Source: Sphacelaria rigidula (Eukaryota). Taken from it: DNA of 33,066 nucleotides. The stretch is from NCBI GenBank assembly GCA_964200075.2, contig CAXNAA020000034.1:1-33066 (forward strand). The letters run 5' to 3'. This document shows positions 1 to 11,140 of the stretch, piece by piece (positions within the stretch are counted from its first letter, which is position 1; every line of letters begins with the position of its first letter). The notes beneath the pieces are model-generated. The model ran no database searches, was not told where the DNA came from, and was given only the letters and a program-made list of their open reading frames with translations. The position numbers and the translations under genes are program-made.

Positions 1-769
1 CTCTCCATGCCCGACCCGCCTTCCCCCCCCCCCCCCCCCCGCCCCCCCCACTACTCCCCCACGCTGCAGTTGTTGCCCATGTCGTCCCCTCCGCTGTCCT
101 CGCCCTCACCACTCGACCTGACACCTTCATCTTCGCTACAAGCATCGTCCTGCTGCCGACAGCTGGCGATAGCTGTAAGTGTAATAAATTCCTGCCCCCA
201 GACTACGTGCTGACCAGGATTGACGTATAGTAATAGCCAAACCTCCCACACACAGATTAGGGTAACCAAAACAATTCAAAGAAGCGCGACTATAGCCGAG
301 AGTTCAAACTCGGCACTGGCGAAAACCTTGAAGACCTCTCCACAATCAGACGTAAGACTAAAACATGAGCTATGTCCTGTTGCACTTCTGTACCGCAGCA
401 AAAACACTCAGGCCCTCTCTCATGTGTCGGATTTTCCTCTGTCTGTTCTGTTGCGATGTGTTCACGCATTGCAACCACGGTTTGGATTGCATGGGCTGCG
501 ATATTGTCGTTGTGTTCGTCTCCGCAGAAAACGATGTTGATCGGCGCGCAGTGCTGGCTGCACACGGTTGGAAGCTTCATGGATGTGTTGACTGTTTCGT
601 CTTCGGTGAGACGAACAACGCACTGTCCGTTGCTACGACAATCCAGCTGGTGCCGTGCGCTGGGCGCCTGTACTGTACCGTACTACTGTATCGTGTTCAG
701 TTTTCAACACTGTTTTATCTATGATGCTACTGTACTGTACTGTGCTGAAACGCGCCACGAGTTAGACCG

Positions 770-843
770 CACGAACACTTGGTTTTAGAATACTCCCCTG
801 GCGCACGAACACGAACACTTGGTTGTAGAGTACTCCACTGGCG
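770..843. repeat. 34-bp direct repeat, 2 copies, period 40
   Basis: cacgaacacttggttttagaatactcccctggcg (770-803) vs cacgaacacttggttgtagagtactccactggcg (810-843), 3 mismatches. Confidence 0.9.
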
Positions 844-888
844 ATTCCCGAGCGAAATGGAGCGATCACGTTTGATGGACGTTTGAGA

Positions 889-1170
889 ATGAGCTGATGA
901 GCTAGGGGTTTGTAACTCACCTAGGGCAAACATCCGCCGCTCATGCAGCTCTCATATATCACCCAGGACGGATATGAGCCGATGAGCTACGAGTTGGCCT
1001 CACCTAGGCCAAACATGCGTAGCTCATGCAGCTCTCATACCGCACCCAGGGTAAACATGAGCTGATGAGCTACGGGTTGATAGCTCATCTAGGGCAAACA
1101 TGCGTAGCTCATGTAGCTATCATAGCTCACTACGGAGCTACGCTAAAAATGAGCCAGCTCGAGCTGCAGG
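889..1170. repeat. AGCT-rich minisatellite, ~84-bp unit x3 plus degenerate tail
   Basis: Units start with atgagc(t/c)gatgagcta at 889, 974 and 1057. They share ctca(c/t)ctagg(g/c)caaacat...gctcatg(c/t)agct. Confidence 0.9.
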
Positions 1171-1569
1171 GAGTTGATCTGTCCGACGTGTGGACTATTT
1201 CCACCGACACCACATCGAGATTTTTGCAATTCCGTGGCATCGACGTAGCCCCCCCTGTCCAGTGATGCTTCCTCGCGCAAATACTACTTTGTCGCTACTG
1301 CTATCTATAAAAAATCGCACTGCGTCAGCCTAATCTTCTCAAAGTTCAATAGTCCTCACCCATGTAATCTTATCACGATTTCCCTGATAGCTCAGACTCC
1401 GGCACCTAGTTGTTGCCTTCGAAACGTACTACCGATCTACGAGTACGTGTGTGTATACGTACATGTGTATGTACTGTGCGCTTGTGCACAACGACGAACC
1501 TGGTGCCACCCTGTAAAAGCTGAAAGGGCTGTTACCCCCGTGAAAGACACGGACGAGCACAATGCCATT

Positions 1570-2230
1570 CTAGGTACGACTCGACGTTGCAGCCGTTCGA
1601 CACTGCCGTGATTGATCATCAAGTGGATGCGAATCGTCCTTCTCTGCATCACTAGGAATACTGACCCCCTCCCGTGTGAAGTGCATCCTCACCCCTGAGA
1701 GCCATTACGCCTCTCCAGCCCCCGTTCCCCCTTGAGCCGCGACTCTCTATCCTTCGCGACCCCCCCCTGCTCACGACTTTCGCAAGATATCGCCCTATCC
1801 TTTCGGGAATGGTGCCCCCACACGATAAATTTGAAACATCTCGTGGCGTTTTTTTAATTGATTTTCTTCGCAAAAGTTGGCGAAAAAGCAACCGGACGTT
1901 TTACTCCGCACTAGGTGCAGCTGTACGTGACAACCCGTTTCGTACTGCCGTGATTGATCATCGAGTGGATGTCAACCGCCTTCCGCAGTATCGCCGGGAG
2001 TGCTGACCCCCCGCCCTGCTAACTACTCCCCCCATAAGCCACGACTGTACACCCCAGCAAACCCCTATTTCCCTTTGAAGCCACAACTCTTTGTCTAGCA
2101 CAGTTTTCCCCTGCCCATCACTGTCGCACAACATCGCCCGATCCTTTCGGGAATTGTGGCCTAACGCGATATATAAAAATATATCTCCGCGACTGTATTC
2201 CACGTTTTGCTTTGCAAAGCTTGGCATAGA
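1570..2230. repeat. Diverged tandem duplication, ~341-bp unit x2
   Basis: Collinear shared blocks in both copies (starts 1570 and 1911): ctaggt, actgccgtgattgatcatc(a/g)agtggatg, ctgaccccc, atcgccc(t/g)atcctttcgggaat, gcaaa..ttggc. Confidence 0.8.
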
Positions 2231-2926
2231 CACACCCACACGTTTCCCTCACACCACCAAACCATTGAATATATTATGCTGCCTTTACGCAGGGCACTGC
2301 GGTGTGAAACCTAAGCGCGACATATCGACCGAAGTCGCACAGGTGGTGCATATCCAAGCTGTTGCGCATGTATATGTGGTGAGGACAATGGGTAGGAGAA
2401 GAACGTACGGGCAGGAACAGTAAACCAGACATAGAGTGGGTAGCGTGACGTAGGGACGAGTGCGGTGGCCAGGAAAGCTTCGAATGACGTTTAGCGAAAC
2501 GAGGCAAGCGTGTGAAGATATTTGTTTACTCGTCCCGATCTAAAGAGAGAATGTACAACAAACTCTTCAGCTCTGCATGATCCTCTCATACTGAAGGCAT
2601 GGTCGCAGCACGGAGGCAACGAGTTTGTAAGGAGTCACGGCATCTCGTCTCGAAGGATTCTCAGTCGAGGACAAGAAAATAACACTTGACGTCATCTTGT
2701 AGCTAGAGCTAGAGCTAGTCTACCCTAAATGGAGCTGCCCCACGTGAGAATGAAGAACAACGCTGTAGCGGCAACTCATCAGTTCACCTGAAACGCAGGC
2801 CAGGGATCAAATAAAAAGCTCTTGTCCGCGACTCCAGCGAACGCGTTGATGAGGTGCTGCCACAATACCTCGGCCTGACAACCATGTTCCAGAAAAAAGA
2901 CATGGTCTCGCATCATCGTGACGCAC

Positions 2927-3261
2927 CTATCATGGATATGGATATCCGTCCGGGACATCCATCATGAGTATAGATATCTGTCTGATATATAAATTTTTGG
3001 GGCTAGGGTTAGGGTTAGGGTTAGGGATAGCCATGTTAAACATGGATATTCATGATGGATATCCCAAATGCATATTAACATCCTTGATAGATACCCATGA
3101 TCGATGTCCATGTTCCAGATGAATATCCATCATGGGTAAGGTTGTTGTTCAAGGATATCCATCCGAGATGTCCACGAATAAGATCCATGGTGGACAGTCA
3201 TACCCATCATGGATCTGATGCTCAGATGGATATCCCAGATGGATATCCATATCCATGATGG
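2927..3261. mobile_element. MITE-like GGATATCC-rich element with 37-bp inverted repeats and internal TTAGGG array
   Basis: 2927-2963 matches the reverse complement of 3225-3261 at 33/37. The interior is made of degenerate ggatatccat units. No TSD was recognised. Confidence 0.65.
3003..3026 (+). repeat. Interstitial telomere-type repeat CTAGGG(TTAGGG)3
   Basis: ctagggttagggttagggttaggg read directly from the sequence. Confidence 0.9.
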
Positions 3262-3289
3262 ATACTCCACCATGACACAGCCCCCGCCC

Positions 3290-6111
3290 CCAAACAACGT
3301 AATAACACAGTCATGCACGGAAGAGCATATGTTAGTTGCGTGCTTGCAACGTATACTCGTTGGTGGATGACTTGAAGTAAACATGGCAAGCCGCCGTGCG
3401 CCGTTATGCTTCGGGGAGGACAGCACAATTTCACACGTTCCTTCTCACGCACAGCTGGAACATTTAACATGCATCGAGCTATCGCTTCTAGACGGAATTA
3501 CGATCCAGCGAGAACGCCTGCTTACTCGCTCATGCAAGCTGTTAGTCCATCTTTCTGCTCCATTCAGTACACGACGCACATATATGTTTCATCAACGCAT
3601 GTAACGGAAATATTTGCTCGTACGACACCAACGGTACAGCTCAACCGCATCTGTAAAGTCATATGCCCACATATATCCATATCTATGTCTTCCTCGCCTG
3701 CTAACCCATCCATTCAATTCATACACATAGGTCCCTTCATTCATGTGCGTATATTGCATTTTGGACTGCTGCCGGCACAGTTCAAGCCAACGTTCAGTCA
3801 GTACTTCACGTGTGAACCGAGTCAATACTCAGTAGGTTGTGTATCACGAACCCACATCCGCAGTATACTCTTCCGCCTCCTCGACGACCATCGCGTCAGG
3901 ACCGTGTGACACCATATTCGGTACGCGGATGAAAGCAATACGACGTGACAAATCTCAGAAAATGTACCGAACCACGCGATGAAACATGCACCGCGCTGCA
4001 GCAAGATCTAGCTGAGATTTACATTGAGTTTTTCGTGCTTGAATGCCAAGACGTTAGGCAGCCAACCATTTTGTCACGTCACGTAACGGACGTGATTTGA
4101 CGGACATCACTGGGAAGGTTATTCATTGGATCTTTATCATCGCACACGTCCTTCGCCCGCATGAAATCAAGTACACCCATCTTTACTCGGAAGTGCGTTC
4201 ACACGGCACAGGTTCCGTGTGAAACTACCTGCGGATACTACCGCTTCAAGTCGTACCGCCTAATCCTAGTACGATACAACTCTTCGCGGCTCGACAGAGC
4301 CATACCGGCAAAATCATCTGATCTCTGAAATGAGTCCAGCACATTATGTGGCGTGCCTAGTATGATGTCTGCAATGTATCCTATACAATATCTGGTGTGC
4401 CTGGAAGGTAAAATTTACTGTTAATTCTCGTTTGCTGCAGGACTCCCGCACACCTCAATCGTCAAGGGAAGGGCATATGGGTCGACATACGCTCGGTACT
4501 GCAATCTGAAGTCTGAGCCCTAGGCCTACCATCGACGAAAGAACTGTCCCTCACTCAGAGGGAAGGTGACAGAAGCAGCTATCAACGTGCTGGTTCGATG
4601 TGTCATTCCAAGGTGATAGGTGCAGGACCGAGCGTTTTCTTCCTGGACGCAGCTTCTGCTTTGCACGGAGCTTGGTTATTGACGTCGTTGGCGATATCGG
4701 TTTCGCGCGTAGCAGTCATATTTGCCAAGAAGCCATTGGACCATCCTTACCGCTGTTATTTTAATTGCCTTCTATTAACTTGACATAAGAAACAGTCCAA
4801 ATTCCTGTGCAATACGCAAACCCCACACCAAACGGCATCACCGACTCCTCTGTGAACGAGCGGGGTGACTGCGCGTATACATTTGCACCAGTGACACTAT
4901 ACATACTTGCTGTCCGGCAGACTGAAACTCGGCGCGCTGTTGGAGGAGCCGCTGACGGTGGAACTGCTGCTGCTTCTGGAATACGCTGTTGCTTGTCGAG
5001 AATGAGCGATTGGTGTTCGAGTTGGTGGATGTGCTTCTGTCGCTGCTGCTGCATCGCGTGAGTAGCGTAAAGCTCCTCTCGCTTCACAATGTTCTGGACC
5101 CTCTGCTGCTCAATCGCGGCGCCAATGGCGTGACCCTTTTGCTTCAGTTCCCATCTTTGTCTCTTGCTGTGCAAGAGGCGATCAAACGCAGTAACAAGGC
5201 TGTCAAGGATCAGCCGGGCGATGTGTTTCTCCCGTTTGATCCTTGACAGCCTTATTACTGCGTTTGATCGCCTCTTACACAGCGAGAGCAATGTAGGAAC
5301 TGAAGCAAAAGGCTCATTCCATGGACACCACGATTGAGCAGCAGAGCGCCAAGAAGTGAAGCGAGAGGAGCTTCGCGTTACCCACGTGATACAGCAGCAG
5401 CGACAATAGCATATCCACAAACTTAAAGACCCATTGATCGTCCGGTGCTGCGATGTTGATTGAGTCGCTCCACGATGTACGAGTGTCCACTCGCCCCCCT
5501 GCCCGACGCTTTCACGGCAAACGTACCTGGCGCAATATGAGGAGATGCGGTTCTAGAGACCAAGTAGAGACATATTTTGGGCACTCTTGTCTTGGTGCCT
5601 GGCCTTGAGCTACCTCGTTCTCATCGCATATGCGGAAGATGCCTGGCTTGATTCCGCGGAACATCGCTGTTGCTCAGCGATGAGCGGCACCGCTGTCAGA
5701 GCTGCTTGTTCCCCAAGTCGGCGGCCTGCTTCCCGTGCCCCTCGGTGATACCCCTCTCCCTAAGAATTATCTCTACAGTATCCGTAGCGACACGAAGTCC
5801 GCAGGTTGCGCGCTCTTCCTCTGCTCCCTTTGATGTTCCATTTGTCACCGAAACTGCTGCTATTGCCGGTCATACTCGGCTTCTTGTGCTTGTCGTTCAC
5901 GTTGGATTTCTTGATTTTGCTACTGGATCTACGTCTCTGGCTAGTGCTGTTGCTGTCGGAGCTACTGCAGCTGTAAACACCGGATCAAACGCGGGCACCT
6001 TCCGGTTACATGGTACACTAATGCCGTAATTGAGCGGTGTTTTTCGCCACGAATCTGGCGTACAGCAGTGGGGTGGTTACGCAGACTCTCAGCGTTTGCA
6101 CGATCTCGCAT
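3290..6111 (-). pseudogene. Decayed, apparently intronless ORF of unknown family (Gln/Glu/Arg-rich coiled coil, CxxC cluster, globular C-terminal part)
   Basis: Manual translation from ATG 6111: MRDRANAESLRNHP...LQLQ*LRQQQH*...QNQEIQRERQAQEAEYDRQ*QQFR*QMEHQREQ; AIEQQRVQNIVKREELYATHAMQQQRQKHIHQLEHQ; *CHWC..CGVC..CFLC (~4780-4900); RVVRYIF*DLSRRIAFIRVPN...ERWLELCR...YGYMWAYDFTDAVELYRW. Several stops and frameshifts are required. Confidence 0.55.
5008..5440. repeat. Long inverted repeat (foldback), ~210-bp arms, ~6-nt loop
   Basis: 5168-5212 tgtgcaagaggcgatcaaacgcagtaacaaggctgtcaaggatca vs the reverse complement of 5237-5281: 43/45. Similarity continues outward with more mismatches. Loop at 5222-5227. 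Confidence 0.93.
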
Positions 6112-6123
6112 GATCTCGCCACC

Positions 6124-6320
6124 TCCATCTGAGATGTTTACTTTGCCGATGGATACCCATCTGAGATATCAGATCCGTCTGGGATACTCATCTGGGATGT
6201 TGACATACATCTGGCATATCAGTCTTGAGTGGATATCCATCTGGGACATCCATCTAGGATATGGACAACAACGTGGAAAGTCTAAATAACATACCCATAT
6301 GTGGGATAAATGGATATTTG
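6124..6320. repeat. Second GGATATCC/CCATCTGGGA-rich block related to 2927-3261
   Basis: ggatatccatctgggacatccatc at ~6231 matches the TIR motif of the 2927-3261 block. Multiple catctg(g/a)ga units are present. Confidence 0.8.
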
Positions 6321-7290
6321 AACGTAAAAGTGGGGCATGAGAGGGCTATCGACTTGACGCTTGCACGAATTCAGGGTTCGCGCGCTAAATGGATGTAAGA
6401 CCCTTATAGAAGCATTCTTGCTGATATCGCCATCTAGCGCCAGTTGCGGCCGCGCTCGTGGTCGTGCTGTGGTCGGAACCATGCGTTTGACTGGGATTAA
6501 TGCGTTGCTTTACGACCCAGAGATTTCGGTCACGGGATATATCACTACCGTGACACACGATGTTTCGTAGCGTCTTCCGATACCTTGCCCTATGTTGGAA
6601 CATATTCAGTAAACTTGGGCACCACAGGAGCTCGAGCATAAACAGCATAGGTCGGGCGGAAACAAAACACGACGCAAGAATACTCGAGTTTGCGATTGAA
6701 ACGTCATTATCTCAAGCTCCTGACGCTGCTACAGACTGTTCGTCATATCCCATATACAGAGATATCGTACAGGCAAAAAGTGATATCAGAAAGAGAGGAA
6801 AAGACAAGTAGAGCTACCCTAAACAACATCGTACCTGGGACATCGTAAGGAAACAGTGATTCAGGCTTTCGGAACAGAGTCGGACGTTCGCTGGAAAATA
6901 CACTTCCCGCTATTTTCCCCGTCAACAAGGACGTTCAGAAACAATTTACAGCGCAAATTTCCAGAGAGGATGAGTCAAATGGGGGAGAAACAACGACAAC
7001 GGAAGGCCGTGCTTTGGGGTGGGGCGATGGGTTCCTTATCTGGCAACTTGCATCGTCTACACCGCAGCTTGTGCGACACCACCCGAGCACATGTTCCACC
7101 TCAACATTTCGAGTCAGATGCAAAAAACAAGTCGCGACTATCAACGGTCGGGATGATTCGGAAGCGTATCACACATTCGGGATGGACGGTTGCGGTTTAC
7201 TCTGTCGATTCGTATCTTAAATACTGCGCTATTCAAGATATTTCAGCAAGCGATGGCACGCTTGAACCACAGGGGAACGAGGACGTTACG

Positions 7291-7325
7291 GCGCCAAACC
7301 TGCGCCAAACCTGCGCCAAACCTGC
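7291..7325. repeat. 11-bp tandem repeat (GCGCCAAACCT)x3
   Basis: Three perfect copies at 7291-7323. Confidence 0.95.
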
Positions 7326-8939
7326 TGTGCGAGAGAAAAACCGTTGATCTGGAGCTGTGTCCAATCATCGGACGTTCCAGCAGAGAGCTGCACCAGCCGA
7401 GTACCCCTATTCTGGAGCGGATGACGACGGCGAGTTTCCAACATCCGAAACGAGGCCTTGCGTCTTGTTCCCAGGTTCTTCAAAGGAGCGAGTTGCGTGT
7501 GCTCGGAATCTCGGTTTCATTCAGCGCTGGACTGCTTGCGGCAAAGGCACCAGTCCACTAAGAATCCACCGATGGTCACAAAATGGACGTATCCGAGGTA
7601 TGGAGACGGAAACCGTCACCGACGGAAACTCGAGAAACGGGGGAAAACAAAAAAAAGCGGAGGAGTAAAAAATCGACTCAGTCGACAGGCTGAGAACTAG
7701 AACCGGCTCCGAGGAGCCCCCTAAATGGATCCCCGCCAGGCAGGGCTTGAGGTAAGAAGGTCGTGTGAAAACCTTGGGGCTGTCAATGCAAAATGCGAAT
7801 CGGCCATCTAGCGACCGCGCTTTCGGGCACCAAGTTGTAGATAATAAGCTGAGAAAAAGTAGAACATGAGAATGAACATAACTGGGGAACATCGCCACTA
7901 GCGTTCGTCGCCAAACAGACAGTGCAAGCAGCCAATAGGATGAGACAGGGATATCAGTTGGATTCTACGGAGAAAAATCGCGAAAAATTGACACCCTGAT
8001 TCCGAGGCGCACTTTTATACTAATGTACCGCGAGCGTGATGTATGTTCGTGGCATGCGAGATATGGACATCGTCACCGGATAGATATCAGCCTCCCACAT
8101 CAAACGATACCAGCCACCCTTTCATTGCCATCGCGCGCATCATGTATAATAGCGGCCTTCAGTAGTATCGTTTGTGGTTCGAACCGCGATGCAAGAAGTA
8201 ATAGTGAGAGCTAACTGCTGAAACTGTCTCGTGAAAACACCAAGCCTACGTAGCATAGTCCATCCTGGTAGCATAGCGTCTCACTGAACTGTTGCAGTGC
8301 CGAGCATCTTTGGGGCACATTTCATATTATATTCATATTATTAGTGTAGCATGTGTCTCGCTTACCTTGTCATTGCTCGCAGACATGGTGGTGGTGCTGT
8401 ACGTGATGCCAGTATGGGGACTTGAATGCGCTGCAAGTGTGTAGTGTACCTCCCGTGCGCGAGTCTCTTCCCTGCGTTTTGACTTTCAAGCGGGCGCAGC
8501 AAGGCATCATGCTGCAGAATGTCAGTTTCCAGATGGCTACACGAAAATGAAACGACTCAGTCGGCATCATGTTCGTGTGCTTTGACAAACGCATGTGATC
8601 GTCACGATTTCTGCGGGAATGCTTCCTCCCGTGTTGCATCCATGAGAGAGTGGTGCTACGGTAGGGGTGCACAAATGTTTTCTGAGGTTAGGACTGTTAG
8701 GAGCCCTTCATTTCATCCAAAATACGACTTATGAAATGTGACAGTACGCCAGGATTACTATTCCAATGTGCTAGGGACATCCCGAGTAAATTTCCAAACG
8801 GGGATGCCTTGACCCATATTCTTGTGCCTCTAGAATCATTAGGAGCCCCTGCATTAGACAAAATTTCGCGCAAAAAGTGGACCCCTACCGTCGCATTGCT
8901 CGAGACACAACGAGAAACGCAAGGGTTTCACAGATGGAA

Positions 8940-11140
8940 TAATGACTGCCGTCAAGAACGCGTCACCTCCGGAAACAAGTCGTGGTTTGTACCGAGACCG
9001 TATGTTCCTTGCCTATGGCGGACTCAGCCATGAATTGAAAGTGCTCGCTGTTCGTTTTGAGAGTCGTTCTTCACAACCTTGTTTGTGTTGCATGTAAAAG
9101 AAAAAAATGTGCAACTTTTTTTTCGCCCTGGAAAGTTGCTCATTTATTGTCTTCATACAATGGACAAAGGTCGCCTCATAGAGAACGATTATTGGGAACA
9201 TTTCGCAAGTCGTGACGTTTCCTGGCGATCGAAGTTACACCCGAACTCCTGTATTCACCACGTATAAAACTATAAGTGAGACTCGTCACTGCTCATAGAG
9301 GATGTTGTAGTTTCGTGCCAGAAAACACAACAGTGTAGAGTCTTCAGATGGGGGCACTTGAAAGCCCAGGTGAACACCACGGCGCTGAGATCTTGCAAAG
9401 ACGTTGCACGCACGGTACACGACCAAAATAGGTGCACCAACCCTGCCACTCGATGATGAATAGTTCAACGCGCTACTGCCCTATACGTGAAGGAGAGCGG
9501 ATGTACCGGCAGCAGGAGATGGCAGTCTATATTGAAGCCAGGTACCGTGGTGGCACAGCACGTCTGCAGCAGGAATGAAAACGCTGTCGCGCCTAGCTAG
9601 GAGATACGAAGTGGCGGGCGTTGCTGGACGGTACACACGTCGCTGGCGTTGGAACAGATACCTAGTACTGGAAATGCGATACAGCTGTATCGTGTTGGCA
9701 TGTAGACACGCGGCACGATGGCGAATCCTGAAGAGCTGTACCGCACGACTACCTAAAGCACGGTTTGTCCATATGTAAGCCTGATAATACCAAAACAGTT
9801 CCATGATGTTCCGTCACGACGATTGCCCTTTGCAATCGAAAGGGCAAATTTGGTCGGATCGTCAAGGGCGGGTCGGATGGGTACATCTTCACCGTATGAT
9901 CCCCGTACGGACATGCATACGACATCAGTCGAAAGTAGACCCCGCATCAGTAACCTGAACGAGCGACGACCCTCTTTGTGTACCTGGAACGCCGCTACTA
10001 CGGCACGTGCTGCCAAGATCGCTTGATGCCGATCGGGTATTCTTCCTTGTAAGACGACTGGCTTAGGAACTTCACACCACTATCCAAGAGGGGCGTGAGA
10101 TTGTGGAGGGTGTTATTGCAGCGAGATGCGTCAAGACACATCTTGGACTACCGTACGTGGACGATAGAACACGACGATGCAACCTTCGTCATTCGAGGTG
10201 CTTGTACGAGCGCGATTGCTGTGCTCCTGTTAGCATCCGATTCTGTCACGAAAGCAGAATAACTGCATCCATCTAGCTGACCGTAATGCTTTCGATCGAC
10301 GGAATCAATGAGTGTCCTCGGCCTGTTTCCGTGTGCCTCGGGTTTTTTTTACCACCCCATCAGACGTTTTGTACGGAGATACATAGTGAGTGAATATTGC
10401 TCACATCTCGCCAAATATCGAGAGCTATTAAATTAAGGTAGAGCGCAAAAGTATCCGCCGCAGTGCAACCAGGATCAACTGGGAAAACAGCTTGGCTTGT
10501 GAAAACCATTTCTCGGGCTAGTCACTAAACGTGGTAGTCGTTGAGAACAGTGTTGGCAACATGAGAGGGGCTGCTCGGTTACAGCGTCGGGCTTGCCGGC
10601 GTTGGCGATCACCCCGACGTATGCTTCTGACAGAAAGTCTGGCGCCAGAGGGATTGACAAAGGGTTGTTGTTTTTAGCGACTGGCGTCTATGAAGTTGTC
10701 CACTTCCTGCCTGACGATCGAGATCATGCAAGAAATTGATCTGAAAAAATGGTCGCACGTACAAGCAGAGTCAATCGAACACCAAGCCATGAGAACGTTG
10801 AAACCAATGCTCGATACGTGTACGAATTGGTCGGATTATCAGCCAAGCGTAGGAATTCCTGCCGTGTTCTCGCCCAAGAACCCGGGAATGGCTACCCAAA
10901 AATAACGCACATGAGCGAGAGGGGTGCGGTGGGCGCGTGTGGACAACCTGAGATTAAAAAAAAAAAGCAGTCCTGACATCGAGTATGTTTCATGATTTTT
11001 TCATCCTTTGCACTCTGTTTGCAAGGTCGTCCGAAGTATTTTCCGAACAAGCTTCTCCCCCTACTGTGACCCATTCAACGAACTACGTATACGGCACAAA
11101 GCGAGTGCAATAGTAGGATTGACGCTTTCTACGATAGCCC
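8940..11140. repeat. Old diverged inverted repeat pair (~8940-9270 / ~10810-11140)
   Basis: Collinear matches to the reverse complement with coordinate sums ~20085: ctgccgtcaagaacgcgtca/ctatcgtagaaagcgtca; tttgtaccgagaccgtatgttccttg/tttgtgccgtatacgtagttcgttg; tcgcctcat..attattggga/tcgctcat..atttttgggt. Confidence 0.5.

Noticed and set aside
51-667. Minus-strand open frames 290-667 (APSARHQLDCRSNGQCVVRL...) and 51-269 as possible exons
   Set aside because: No recognisable domain and no convincing splice chain. They may be coding but cannot be supported.
889-1170. CRISPR-like array
   Set aside because: Whole units are repeated with no unique spacers, the context is eukaryotic and no cas genes are present
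4761-5420. 219-aa ORF as an intact gene
   Set aside because: Its first third is the antisense arm of the hairpin and its end drifts out of the CxxC-containing frame. It is a fragment of the decayed ORF.
3290-6111. Alternative genetic code (TAG=Gln or TGA=Trp/Arg) to explain in-frame stops
   Set aside because: All three stop types and frameshifts occur across the ORF, and the neighbouring LSMT exons read in the standard code. Mutational decay is simpler.
6540-7640. Second very old LINE remnant (LCWNIF, ETVTDG resemble RTE motifs)
   Set aside because: Only two short motif resemblances with no ordered RT motif series
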